Below, one piece after another: positions 26,214 to 38,978 of a stretch of DNA of 64,000 nucleotides (positions are counted from its first letter, which is position 1; the number at the start of each line of letters is the position of its first letter). Origin of the DNA: Schmidtea polychroa (taxonomy: Eukaryota); NCBI GenBank assembly GCA_044892525.1, contig CM097885.1:18726001-18790000 (forward strand). Reading direction: 5' to 3'. The translations under genes were made by a program, and so were the position numbers. The notes below the pieces were generated by a model that saw only the letters and a list, made by a program, of their open reading frames with translations, ran no database searches and had not been told where the DNA came from.

Positions 26214-29200
26214 CTAATTATATTTTTGTATCTAAAACGGTAATAGAAAATTTCTAAAAATTCAGTCAAAAAAATTCATTTTACCATGAAAATTTAGCCT
26301 AACTGTGATCATTGTATATTTCAGTTGACATTCTGTTTCAACAGTCAAATCTATCAAATTTGATATATTTTGATTAATTGACTAATTAGATTCATTTAGA
26401 AAATCTTAAGCAAATATTTTTCATATTTATTCGTCAATAAAAAATGTTTGGAGATTATCAAAATTCACTGTAAAAATATAATTATTTTTGGAAAATATAA
26501 AAATTCCCAATTTTGTTTGAATCAACTAAAACCCTTTACTAATATTTTTTTTGTTATTGATAAGGTTCCTTTGATGATTAGCGGCAAATTATTACCCATA
26601 AAACAAGAGGTAAAGCAATAATATCATTTATTTGATAAAGCTGATTTTATAGAACATCAGAAAGGTAATAATGAAACCCCGGTTCAAATGTATGAAAATA
26701 ATAAAATATTATTGAAAATTTTTTTCTTGTTAGAAATCAAAGTAATCATTTGTGAGTAATATTTCTTTAATGAATTCAGTGCATTGTCACAATTTCAGTC
26801 ACCTTGGTACCTTGAGCAAACCGGGGAAATATTTTACAAATTAAAATTCTAAAGGATTTATTATTTGTTATAATCTAAAAATTGGTTATGTACTCAATTC
26901 AATTTATACACCAAAGAGAAATAAAGGAAAATATAAGTGAAAATAATAATAAAATATAACAAATTTTGTTTTAAAGGATGAACGATTTTATTTCATGAAG
27001 GTCAGTAATTATTTTAAATGAATATTTATTTTTTTTTACTATATTTTTACTCTATTATTGCAGCTTCAAGGGGGGGGGGGGTAAAATATTTGTTCTTCTC
27101 ATGTTTTTTTAACCTTTCCAATAGCACATTCTTATATTTGGCCTTCAAACCGCAGTCTTTCTTACTTTTCTATGATGATATGATAGTATTTGTATTGTTG
27201 TAGATTTCTACACAAAATATTCTTGTAAATATTTTTCTGGACATTTCATGGGGATTTCATGCATTGTAATGACAGATTGTTATTGTTTTGTGTTTTGTTT
27301 TAAAGTGCGCAAAGAAAACTAGCCAATTTGGAGGATGAAAAGATTTTTCTTCCTTTTCCCGTAATCAGACGTGACATAAACACCACAAATGTGTGAATTG
27401 CGTTTGACGCAGCAACAAAAAGCAATGGAAAAGGGATAAACAACATTGTAGAAAGTGGACCAAAGCTGTAAAATGTTATTTTCGATATTTTGGTACGGTT
27501 TCAAGGTTTTCAGTCGCACTAGTCTGTTGTATTGCAGAAATGCACTTACAAGGTATGAATTGTACTGGAGGATAAGTCGTATAATTGATGATTTATGTTG
27601 GATAAAGATGTGAAGTTAATCAAGTATGAGTTCTGTCGCTTGATATTTAGTTAAATGTATCACCGTTTTTAAGCAACTAGTTAAGTCGAATTAATTGGAG
27701 AAAAGGGTGATAAAAGCGACATTGGTATTGAAGGTGAAAATGGACAATTAGTTGACAACGAATTAACAGGATTAAAAATAGAAACTAGTGAGGAAGGTTT
27801 AGTGGGTGATTAAGGAAATCTTGCTAAATGAGAAAAAGGTCCAAAAGGTTTTTAAGGTTTACCTGAAGTAAAGGGACATATAGAAGATATTGGGTAAATA
27901 GGTATGTCAGGCTTGTGAGGTAAAAAAAGAATGCGACGATCAAAAAGTTATAAAGATGTTCAATGCGTAAAAGGTATAAAAATAATTCTCGATAAAATGG
28001 AATCATTCGAAGATAAAAGAGACACTGGAGAAAATGGAAGTATTGTTGAGGATACCTAAATAATAATTTATAAAGAAATAAATAAAATTACCTGGGGGAA
28101 GATCGCCATGACAAACGGGACGATCTATAGAAACTCAGAAAAGAAATTGGAAGTGAAAAGAAATTAAAAATGAGAAAGAGAAAGGAAATAGAAGTTAGCA
28201 AAGAGGAAAATAAAAATCAAGGTCAATACTAATTAATTAGTACAAAAAGGAAAAGGAATTTTGAAATCGGGGAAAAAGGAAAACAACAAAATCCTTATCT
28301 CGACAGCTTGCCAGTGATAATAGAATTGATGGGAGAAGGCGGTCAAACAAAAAAGGGAAAAGGGAAAAACAACTTGACAGCTGTCAGATATAAAAATGGG
28401 ACAGTCGAGAAAAGCAGGAGAAGGAAAATGGAAAACCACTTGATTATCTGGAGTGCCACAAGAGAAGCAAACTATATAAGGGAAAACTGGTTAACATGAA
28501 ATTAGAACAAAGAGAGAAGGAAAATTAGAGACAAAGTGACGCGAAATTGAAAACGATTTGGAAGACGATTTGAGAGACAATTTGAGATACGATTTGAGAG
28601 ACGATTTGAGAGATAAATTATTGGAGAAAATTAGACGTTGGACGAAACTTTGTTGGACAAACGATTGTCAAAAATAATTGTAAAGGAAATAATTGTGGAA
28701 AATAATTATTGGAGAAGAGTTGAAGAAAAGAATTAGTTGAATAAATAAACGAAAAGAAGTTATTGATTATTTGAATAAAGTTGTGAAGAAAGTCAAAGAA
28801 AACAACCAGCTCAAACCCAATTTAGAAACCAATCAGTAATTTGTGATCTTTTAATCCGGTGTTATACAAAAGTGCTATTCCTCACTGAGTGTTGTAATAA
28901 GCATTGTATAGTCACCAAGCAGAGTGTTGAATTTATCGTCAGTGTCAAGTGAAAGTTTATTTGTGATTATCAATAAGGATTTCTGTTGTCAAGTGTTATT
29001 TGTGAATTATATAAAGACACGCTTGGAGTCAAAGTAACATTTAAAATTTATCACCAACTCAAAGTATTTATAACCCAACAGTATTAGTATGAAATGGTAT
29101 CAAGGTTAGAAAGAAAATCAAGGATTTTTGGGCCTGAAAGGACTTTTAGAAAATCAAAGAACAGTTGGGAATGCTATTAAAGGTATAAAAGATTTAATTG

Positions 29201-29579
29201 AACCTCAAGGCCGGAAAGACAAAAGTGGTTATAAAGGTATGGGAGAAATGCGGATGAAAGGATTTAAAGAAGATAAATACAACAAAAACCTAAGTGGCGA
29301 TTTTGGTGACGAGTGACAAAATGTTTATATAAATCAATTGAGAAAATTGATGGTTGAAAAGACGTTATTGACACTAAAGTGTCAAGGGGGAGGATGATTA
29401 ATTCCAAATAATCACCTCTGTGATATTTGTGATTGTTAGTTAGTTTGTTTTTGATCTTTTAATTCTTCAGTTCTGGAATTCTATCGAACGTGGTTTGTTT
29501 GGAACTTTGGTTTGTTCAAAAAAGTCAGATTTTGGAAGTCTTTCGATAAAAATAAACATTTTTCAAGTTTTTCCACTTA

Positions 29580-30365
29580 CAGGGTTATTCGTTATTATAA
29601 ATACTTTTATGCAAAATTATAAATACTTTTATTCATTATTATAAATACTTTTATGCAAAATTATAAATACTTTTATGCAAAATTATAAATACTTTTATTC
29701 ATTATTATAAATACTTTTATTTATTATTATAAATACTTTTTGTTTGAACCGCATGTCGCGCAAAATTAGAAAACCATTGACTTTGGATGGGTATAATTTC
29801 ATAATAAGGCTTTCCAATGATGTTTCAATGACACTGAAAAATATATCGGAAATTTCAGGGTATTCCATAACAACAATAAGAAGAGCTATTGATGATCATC
29901 GCCAACAACGAGTATTTGTTAGCTCGGGCACAAAATTAAGGAACAAAATTAAAGAAAGAAATGCGGTTTTTACTACAGAAGAGTTGGTGATTCATAATTT
30001 AGTTTCATGCAATAATCTTTTGACGCAATCAGAAATTTCAGAATCAGTAAAGATTAGTACAAATAAAAAATTGTCGCAGTCAACAGTCTGCAGGAAATTA
30101 AAAAAATGCAATATAACGAGAAAAAGAGTTTCTTTAATTTCTGAGGAAAGAAATAACCAGGATAAAATTGACGCACGATCGATTTATGCCTTTGAAATTT
30201 CTAGGTTTGAGCCTGAATCATTAATTTTCCTGGATGAAACGGGATTTAATCATCACACAACACGCACATACGGATATTCAATTAAAAACTCCCCATTTTA
30301 TACAAACGTTAGAGCGAATAAGGGAGTGAACAATAGTGTAATGTGTGCTATTTCTGTAAGAGGCC
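29580..30365 (+). mobile_element. 5' part of a Tc1/IS630-type transposon with truncated transposase
   Basis: TA|CAGGGTTATTC terminus; ~22-bp subterminal tandem repeats 29590-29740; ORF with HTH-like regions (LSQSTVCRKLKK..ITRKR) and first catalytic motif IFLDETGFN; later D and E absent. Confidence 0.88.
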
Positions 30366-30905
30366 CTGTAAGAGACCCTGTAATTTATGAATGTGTTTAT
30401 AATTATGCCAATAAATAGTTATGTTCGTGATGAAATACGCTCTAAGCGAGATTCCGGTGATGATGTAATGCACACAGTTAGTATTTACAAAGTGTATGCT
30501 CTACTTCATACAATTGGTAAAATTGATTTATATGAAAGAGAAATTGTTCGAAATATTAAAGAAAAATTATGTTCCATTGACCTGGATTTCGAACAACAAA
30601 TGCAAACTGCTGCTTTTCATCGGTACTTGAAAAGAGTTATAAACTACCAGATGATCAAGTTATTACAATTGGAAATGAAAGATTCATATGTCCAGAAGCT
30701 TTTTTTCAGTCATCATTCTTTAAATGGAAATTACTGGTATCCATGAGACGACTTATAACAGTATGATCAAATTCGATGTGGATATTCGTAAAGATTTATA
30801 TAGCAATACAGTTTTATCAGGTGGTTCGACAATGTATCATGGTATTGCTGATCGTATGCAAAATGAAACATCAACTTTGACTCCATCATCAATGTCAATT
30901 AAACA
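30366..30905 (+). pseudogene. Intronless, internally deleted actin pseudogene fragment
   Basis: [11 protein letters not shown] / [18 protein letters not shown] / [24 protein letters not shown] / (shift) [20 protein letters not shown] / [42 protein letters not shown]. Confidence 0.93.
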
Positions 30906-31221
30906 TTATTATTATTATTAATGTTATTATTATTGTTTTTATTATGAATTTTAAGAATATTGTCGTTATTATGATTATAATTTTGCTCAACATTTATTCT
31001 TAGTTAGCTAAACCGGATAAACCTGCCTATGACAACAGTTGGAATATAATGAAATCAAGGGCTAGGATGACATCAAAAAAATAGGGCAAAATAATCACCA
31101 TGATATTTGAAGCATTCCAAAATGACAGATAAAAATATTGTCATCATCTTTTGAATTTAGAAAAATAAAATATTTAAAAATTTTCTTATCTAATTTGTTA
31201 ACCATTTGTGAGCTGCTTTAT

Positions 31222-31362
31222 TAATATTATAAGAACTTTTTTTTCAAATTTCACCACTGATTTCTTTTCAATTAACATTGTTTTTATTAAAAAGCTTTAC
31301 TAGGAATCAGTAAATATATCGATGTCTTTTTGATATTCACGAATTTTCGGCACTGCCTTTAT
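31222..31362. repeat. Copy (reverse orientation) of the ~130-bp dispersed repeat
   Basis: Reverse complement of 2076-2208. Confidence 0.75.
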
Positions 31363-31532
31363 TAATATGTTATTCATTTTATTCATAACTTTTCGTTTTT
31401 TGTAATTTTTAAAGTCTATAAAATATGTATGTTTTTGATAAATTCATTGTATTATGATTATTTGATATTATTATAAATGGTAGTATCAATGTCAATAGCA
31501 CAAATAATTTATTCTTAATAATTTTATTACAG

Positions 31533-31978
31533 TGGACCCCATGAAGAAGTTCTGGTAGGACTTTGCGAAATACATAGCTGAAGCAGCTCGTCAAGCAAAA
31601 AGGGCAGAGTCACTCGTCCCACGATGCCGAAGAATGGAGGCAACGTGGTTCCGACTTGATCATGTCAAAAAAAGTTAAATAAGGGAATCGAAGCAATGGA
31701 GAAGAACTGAGCCGAAAATCAAGGGATCATTCATGATCGAAAAATCACAATGAATAATAAAACTCCTAGCTGGAATACACACATATATATGCAAATCTGG
31801 AGCGAGTTTCAAGCTATTCTGAAACATAATTGTTTCCAGCTTTCGACCCCCTTTTAACACGTCTGCCAATAGATTTTCCAGCAGTTAAGAAACCAGCCTA
31901 ACCGCGACCTGGAAAATTCGAAAGAAAACAAATCCGAAGTTGGAAGCATACCGAGAAACTAAATCCAGAAAATTCTAA
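31533..31978 (+). pseudogene. Decayed copy of the 'TWF' coiled-coil family
   Basis: After acceptor ttttattacAG|TG: DPMKKFW*DFAKYIAEAARQAKRAESLVPRCRRMEATWFRLDHVKK..KKPA*PRPGKFERKQIR; not in the ORF track because of stops. Confidence 0.6.
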
Positions 31979-32282
31979 CATTGATAAATTTTTCATGTTT
32001 TTTCTTTGCACACTTTGCATATTAATATTAATAAATATTTTGGTTTATCAAACTGTTTGAGTTTAAAAATTTGTAGTAATCATTTTAACTTAAATATGAA
32101 AGATTGTTAAATCAGGTATTAATAACAAGAAGAGTGAGTAAAATATGAGTCGTAAAAAATATTTCATCATCTTGAAGCCAAAGAAAGTGTGAGTTTCACA
32201 AAATAATTTAAATTAATAAGGAATACGACGAAACAATAAATTGAACGCGACTTTTTTAAACAAATAAATGTATAATATGAAT

Positions 32283-32479
32283 AATTTCGATTTATTTCGA
32301 TTTATTTCAATTTATTTCAATTTATTTCAATTTATTTCAATTTATTTCAATTTATTTCAATTTATTTCAATTTATTTCAATTTATTTCAATTTATTTCAA
32401 TTTATTTCAATTTATTTCAATTTATTTCAATTTATTTCAATTTATTTCAATTTATTTCAATTTATTTCAATTTATTTCG
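32283..32479. repeat. 10-bp tandem repeat (TTTATTTCAA)n
   Basis: About 19 units. Confidence 0.97.
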
Positions 32480-32521
32480 TTTACTTTTCGGTGTTTCAGA
32501 AGGTGGGTAAATTTCGAACAG

Positions 32522-32820
32522 CTACGTTGGCAGTGGTCGGATTTGTGCGGTTACCGCCGCGTCGATGACCCGCTGGTTCAGTTTGGTCTCCAATGCGCGT
32601 ACTTGAATCTTCAGAGCGTGGATTTCGATTTGATCTTGGTCTGCTTGGGACTGAAGCTGTTGGATTTGAGTCATTCGCTTTTTCATCTCGGCTGGACTGA
32701 ACCAAGTGCTTTCGAGCTCCCGACATCGCCCCTTAAATTTCGCGACTCTGGCCTGAAGGCCTTCCACTTGTTTTTGGACTTGCTCCCGGTCCTTCCTTAG
32801 GTTCTTGAATAATTTGAACA
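32522..32820 (-). CDS. Unknown coiled-coil protein exon, 'TWFSP' family (C-terminally shortened)
   Basis: RCRELESTWFSPAEMKK; strongly similar to 54011-54417; begins at acceptor ttgtAG|TG. Confidence 0.65.
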
Positions 32821-33160
32821 CTACAATTTAAAGAAATTATATATAGACACATGCAGATAATAATCATCTATTCGATATCAAACGTTCAATCTTATTCTAT
32901 ATCATTGGGTTCCCATCAAATAATAAAGTCCTCAAGACCAGTTTAAAACGAAAATCGTAAACGATTTTTTTAATATCCATCTAAAACCCAAGTACCATAA
33001 AAGGAATCAACGAAATAAACACAATATTGTTTTATTAATGGTAATCAATTCAAAACTCAAATATCCAAATGAAAATCAATGAAATGAATATAACAGAGAA
33101 AATCTCTCTGCGTAAAGAAACAGGAATCACCATCCATAGTCATAACAATCCTTGTGTGGC

Positions 33161-33452
33161 TCATAGGTCAGCCTTCCTAGGTCTTCCCCGTTTCTTAAAA
33201 GGGGTGGATCTGACTTCGGCCTCTTCGATCGGTGTTTCGGCTGCCTCTGCGCGAAGTTGGGCTTCGATCACCCGGAGCTTGTGTTGAGCGAACTCGATCG
33301 CCACGATGACCTGGTTGCGGGCCTTTATTAGCCAACCTCAGTTCACGACCTCAGTTCCACTCGTGGATCTTGTACTACACGTATCTGGTCCTGAGTCGGA
33401 TAATTGCTTCATCATACTGATCTTCCTCATTGCAGTTACTGAGTTGAGACAT
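33161..33452 (-). pseudogene. AT-hook protein paralog with stops and a frameshift/deletion
   Basis: MSQLSNCNEEDQYDEAIIRLRTRYV*YKIHEWN*G / IKARNQVIVAIEFAQHKLRVIEAQLRAE..TPFKKRGRPRKADL*; aligns with 54695-55060. Confidence 0.8.
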
Positions 33453-34968
33453 TTCTACATTGTTAAAGTTATAATTCCGTTTGTTGTCAGATTAATAATA
33501 ATTAAAACTCAATCTCAATTACGTCGAGTTCAAGTTAAATTAAAGTCGAGTTTAATTATCTATCTTTTTTTTCTTTTTGAAATTAATTTTCCCAATTAAT
33601 AATGAAAATAAAATTAATTTAAAACATTTAAATTATAGTAATTCATAAATCATTTCTAAAATTGCTATGTTAATTTATGTTTGTTCTACTGAGAGGTTTC
33701 AGCAAAATTATAAGCTCAACAATTTAAAATTATAAATTTTGGTTGTAAATAACTATTTTCAACAATTTACGAAATCAAACATACTTTTTCATGATGACCT
33801 AATGGTAGTGAAATTGCATGCATAAAACTATGGTTTTCACAAATTCAGAAGGAACACGGCAGGAAACCCTCGAGAATGATATCTATCCGCATGAGAGCTA
33901 TCGGTATCGCAGGAGTATCCAAGTTTGTGTATAATACAAAGGTAAAATTTTCTTTTCTTAAAACTTATAATGAGATGTCTAGGAAGAATTCCCTGTAGGA
34001 AGAATTCCGAATTAAAACTCTGGAATTGCCGATATGTATATCGAATTGTTTAGATGAACATTATTTCTATCAGTACTTTAAAATTCGAAAGGTTATTTAC
34101 GGAAAAGGACGACTGTCTTGTGAATTTAACATTTGTTTACCATAGTTAGAGATTTATTTAAGACCAATTACTAAATTATCAACTCATGAATTTGAGATAC
34201 CTATTAAGAATATCCACTTTGTTTGATTTACAATATTACACAACCAAATATTAGGGGAAATTTACCAATTATGATTTTTGTGATTCGAAATACCGATGGG
34301 CAATTACGAATATTAGTGTGATTTAGGCTACTATATAAACTTTGGAATAACCATCTACATTGAATGTTAATTAATTAAAGCACTGTGATCAGCTTACTTC
34401 TGGAGCTTTACTCCGTTTACTGAGCCTTAGTGTAGTGTGATGAGTTGATTTTGAGTTTATTATGTCGATTATTCATGTAACAAAAGTCAATTACGGAAAG
34501 TTGCTTGCTTTCGCGGCCACATTGTGTCCACTACGACGAGCCCTAGTGTTATGTAGGTTGATAATATACTATCGACATATAAATATTATGATAACTCAGT
34601 CAGTTCAGAGTGAGTTTACCGACTTAACTCCGTGGCAGATACCATGAAGTGGTGCGACCTCCACTGACACAAAAAAAAGAAATTATAATTGTTAGACGCA
34701 ATTAAATTCAAGTCTTCTTCAAGCATTTATTTTTATAACAACTTCAAAAATTGAGCCGTTTACTAGAATATTTAAACACCGAGGCATGATAATTATTAAT
34801 ATTAATGTAATTACTGGTCATACATTTAATTGATTTAATTTAATATAATATGATATAATTTAATATAGAATTTAAATATACAAATTTAACAGAAATAATT
34901 ATTTCTACTAACTGATCTCACTTCTACCATTTAACCATAATAATTTTATATAGAGATTTACTAACTCC

Positions 34969-37900
34969 TTACATCCCCCCTTCTTTAAAATGCTTTAACT
35001 TTTCTATATTCCTCGTTATTTTTCTCCCGTTTTCGTCTGTTAATAAATAACTTCTTTCATGATTTCGTTTTATTACTGTGTATGGTCCTTCATATCTCTC
35101 GTGATCTTTGTTTCTAATTTCTTGTTTCACCAATACTTTGTCCCCCACTTCTAAGTTCCTAGTTGTGCCAATTTCTTTCGCTTGCTGTCTTTTAGCCTCT
35201 AATTTCCGCATGATTTCATTTCTATTCACTTCATTATTACTATGCCATTGCGATCTATTAATCTTTCTTCCAAATATAATTTCTGCTGGACTCACTCCAG
35301 TAGTTTTTTGAGCTGTCGCATTTAAAACGTATTCTATATCAGGTATTAATTCTGCCCAGCTTTTTTTAACTCCTTCTCTAAGTGACGCGTTAATATAGTC
35401 TCTTATAATACGAAATTGTCTTTCAATTACACCATTAGTATTATGATGATACGGACTCGAAAATATCAACTCAATTCCTGCTGCCTTTGCTAGTTCTTTA
35501 ATGCTATTTGCTTCGAAATTTTTTCCACAATCAACATGTAGTTCCTTAGGGGCTCCAAATTTCAATATCCAATTATTTAACAAAACTGCCTTTATTGTAT
35601 TTTCATCTTGCTTTCTAATAGGAGTTAGAGATATGTATTTACTGTAATGATCGATTATTGCACAAATAAATTTTTCTCCTCTGAAGGTTTCTCTTAATGG
35701 ACCGCAAATATCCATGTATATTTTCTCCATAGGTTCTGAAGCTTGAATTACTTGGGTTTTTTCTTTTGACTTTGTAGTTAAAACTTTGTTTTTCTGGCAT
35801 GCTTCACATATTGAAATAGTCTCTTTTACTTCATTTAGCAAATCTTCCATATCAAAATTGTTCCTAATATATTTCATAACTTTTTCTACTCCTGCGTGGC
35901 ATAATAATAAATGTGTTTCCTTAATCGTTTCTCGTCTTTTTGTTTCTGGTATCCATATTTTGTTTTGATTGGTATAGATAATATTTCCTTTTAACATATA
36001 TTTATTATTTTTCCTTTCATGTATTTGATCTTTTATATCTTGTATTTCTGCATTATCTCTTTGCCATTCATTTCCATTATTTTCGGTCATCAATGTTAAC
36101 AATCTAGTTTTTAATCGCCCTGATTTGGGGTTATCATGGTCCATCAAACATTGTACACATTTGCCGCATGTGTTTCTAGACAGCATATCTGCATTCGTAT
36201 GCGCCGTACCTTTTCTGAACTCCATTTTTATGTCTAAACTGCTCAAGTAATTTATCCACGTTTGGAACTGTGCTGTTATCGGCTTCTTTGTCGTTAACAT
36301 AAAAGTTATTGCTTTATGATCAGTGCGCAAAACAAACCGTTTACCTTATAAATAATGGTTGAAATGGCGACAGAAATAATATATAGCCAAAAGCTCTTTT
36401 CGTGTTATACAATATCCTCTTTCATGGCTACTCATTGCATGGGATCCACATGCAATAACGTGTTCATGCCCCATTTCATCTCTTTGTGATAATACAGCTC
36501 CAATTGTATCAAAGCTTGCGTCTGTATCTAATATGAATTCTTTCTTGAAATCTGGAAATACGAGAATTGGCGCTGTAGTCAACGCCATTTTCATTTCTTC
36601 GAAAACTTTCTCACATTCCTCAGTCCAGATTATTTTTTCACTATTGCTTCCACATATGCTTTCTAGCGCTCTTGATTTTGTTGCATATTCCTTAATAAAT
36701 CTCCGATAATAGTTACATATACCTAAAAAGCTTCTCAAATTCTTTATACACTTAGGCCTCTGAAATGATTTAATAGCCTCAATTTTACTTTGATCTGTCC
36801 GAATCCCCTGACTGTTAATAATGTGCCCTAAAAACTTTACTTCGCTCTTTAATAACTGACATTTTTCTGGGTTGATTCTCAATTTAGCTTCCCTTATTTT
36901 CTCTAGAACTTTTCCAAACACATTGTAATGTTCTTCAATTGTTCTTGTAAAAATTAAAATATCGTCTAAATACACCATAACTCCTTCTTTCCATAGATCT
37001 TTCAATATTTTTGTCATTAATTCTTGGAATGTACCCGGTGCCGCCGCAATGCCAAAAGGCATTCTATTAAAACAAAATTGCCCTTCTTTAGTAGAAAATG
37101 CTGTCTTTTCTTGCGATTCTTTGTCCGATTTCACTTGATAATAAGCGTTCCCAAGGTCTATAGAACTAAAGTACTTAGATCCATGTAATGTATCTAGAAT
37201 TTCTTCTACATTCGGCATAGGAAAAGCTTGTCTTTCAGTAATCTTATTAAGCTGTCTAAAATCTAAACAAAGTCTGATATCTTTTTTGTCTTTTTTCCAC
37301 ACGCATACTAACGGCGTATTCCAAGGTGAATTACATCTTCTTATGATATCATTATTTTCTAAATTTTTTATAGCAGCATTTATTTTCTCCTCTAAATTGA
37401 TGGGTTGCCTTCTGGGTTTTATCATAATTGGCCCTTCTTTTGTGATGATTTTATGTGCAATTAAATCAGTACATCCGATATCCCAGTTATTAGCCATAAA
37501 AACACTTTTATTGTTTTTAACAATCTCTAACAGTCTTTTATTTTCGTTTAATCTTAGAATTTCTATTGCTTTTTGACTTCTCTCGTTATCTGTAATCTTT
37601 TCCCCAAATCTAGCTTCTATTTCACACACAAATTCATTATATCCTTCTTCATTTTGCTTGATGTAGTTTAATTCAATTCCAAACTCTTTCTGCAATTCCA
37701 CTCCGCCTATTTTATCTGGAACAATATTTTTAACTATTATAAATGTTATTTTTCTTTCCATATTACCAATTCTAACATCAATATATATTTTTCCGATTGT
37801 CTCTAATTTACTATCATTTGCACATCTTAACATCTCATCTGTTTTTATGATTTTCACATTCACTAATTTTTCCACAACTGCTTCTGCCATTACATTTACT

Positions 37901-37989
37901 CTTGCTCCTGTATCTAGTAAGCATTTCATTCTATACCACTGAATTTCAAGAGTTGTACTCGGTCTACCTTGCATTTTGTCATAACTCAA
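34969..37989 (-). pseudogene. Gypsy pol (PR-RT-RNase H-IN) split by one in-frame TAA at 36346-36348
   Basis: LLDTGA; RLCLDFRQLN; YLDD; DTDAS; HFNHYL*GKRFVLRTDHKA; integrase H..H..CEAC, MDICGP, HVDCG, GVIERQFR; GPY. Confidence 0.95.
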
Positions 37990-38360
37990 TTTCGGTCGTT
38001 TCCATTCATCTTTAGTGAAAATATTTTGCTCCTCTGATATTTCATTAATCTACCCAATTTCCTTTCTCTCTAATTTATCTTCTGCCTTCTTAATAAATTT
38101 ATAAACTTTTTCATTTACTATTTTATTATTATATTCTGCTTCTTCAATTTCATTATACTCTTCTTGATTCTTAGGATTATTATTATTATTTATTAAAGAT
38201 CGATCAGCATTAAAATAACTATAACATTTAAAATTATTTAAAGGAAACTTTTTAAAATTACAAATTTTATTACATAAAGGTTCTACATTATTATTTATAT
38301 AAGGATTATTTACATTATTAAAATTATTATGACCAATATTTACATCAATATCAAAATTAC

Positions 38361-38978
38361 CTAGTATATTGCTCCGATCATTGCCTCCCGTGTCGAAGCA
38401 TGTACTTTTGGGTGCTGAATATCCTCATATTTGTCTTCTGCATCATCTGAATACTCAAGTGGCATCGTCTCATCATTAGGTTCAATTGCTGCAATTGTTC
38501 TTCCTGGATTGTTGATCTTTTGTTGATAGCTTGTGGTTCGATGGGCATAATAATTATTGTTTCTCATGTTTGAATTAGTTTGAAACTTCCTTCTTTCCAA
38601 ATTTGTATAGCAGTCAATCTCCTTATGTCCACGTAAGTGACATCTCTGGCATTGAATCGTTGAACATTCTCGCCGTACGTGGCCTTCAACTCCGCATGCA
38701 AAACACGTCATTTTCTTTTTCATTTGGCATTCTCGACTCACATGACCAATTTTCTTGCATGTCCAGCATTCCAATTGTCGGTTACTGACGTTTTGCTGCT
38801 TGAAATTATTATTTCCGTTTACCATTCCTCTTTGAGCAACATCTCTGTAGCTTCTGTAGTTTTGAACAACCGGTGAAGTCTTCACAACCTTAATATGGCC
38901 CATAATTTTGTTTACCTTTTCTAATTTCTTTATTGTCGCTTTTATTTCTTCTGATGTTTTCAAGTCTTTTTCAAGCAT
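38361..38978 (-). CDS. C-terminal part of Gypsy gag with three CCHC zinc knuckles
   Basis: CWTCKKIGHVSREC, CFACGVEGHVRREC, CQRCHLRGHKEIDC; the ATG lies at the LTR/gag deletion junction. Confidence 0.9.
   Translation of the reverse strand: MLEKDLKTSEEIKATIKKLEKVNKIMGHIKVVKTSPVVQNYRSYRDVAQRGMVNGNNNFKQQNVSNRQLECWTCKKIGHVSRECQMKKKMTCFACGVEGHVRRECSTIQCQRCHLRGHKEIDCYTNLERRKFQTNSNMRNNNYYAHRTTSYQQKINNPGRTIAAIEPNDETMPLEYSDDAEDKYEDIQHPKVHASTREAMIGAIY

Noticed and set aside
27300..29450. Purine-rich, possibly gag/integrase-derived decayed region with a PPT-like AAGGGGGAGGA at ~29385
   Set aside because: No diagnostic motif recoverable; too degenerate to call.
32268..32510. ORF of FQFISIYFNL repeats
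   Set aside because: Translation of a 10-bp tandem repeat.
34625..34650. ACTCCGTGG/CCATGAAGT hairpin shared with 57630-57655 as an ncRNA
   Set aside because: Differences between the copies fall at synonymous codon positions, which favours a coding explanation.
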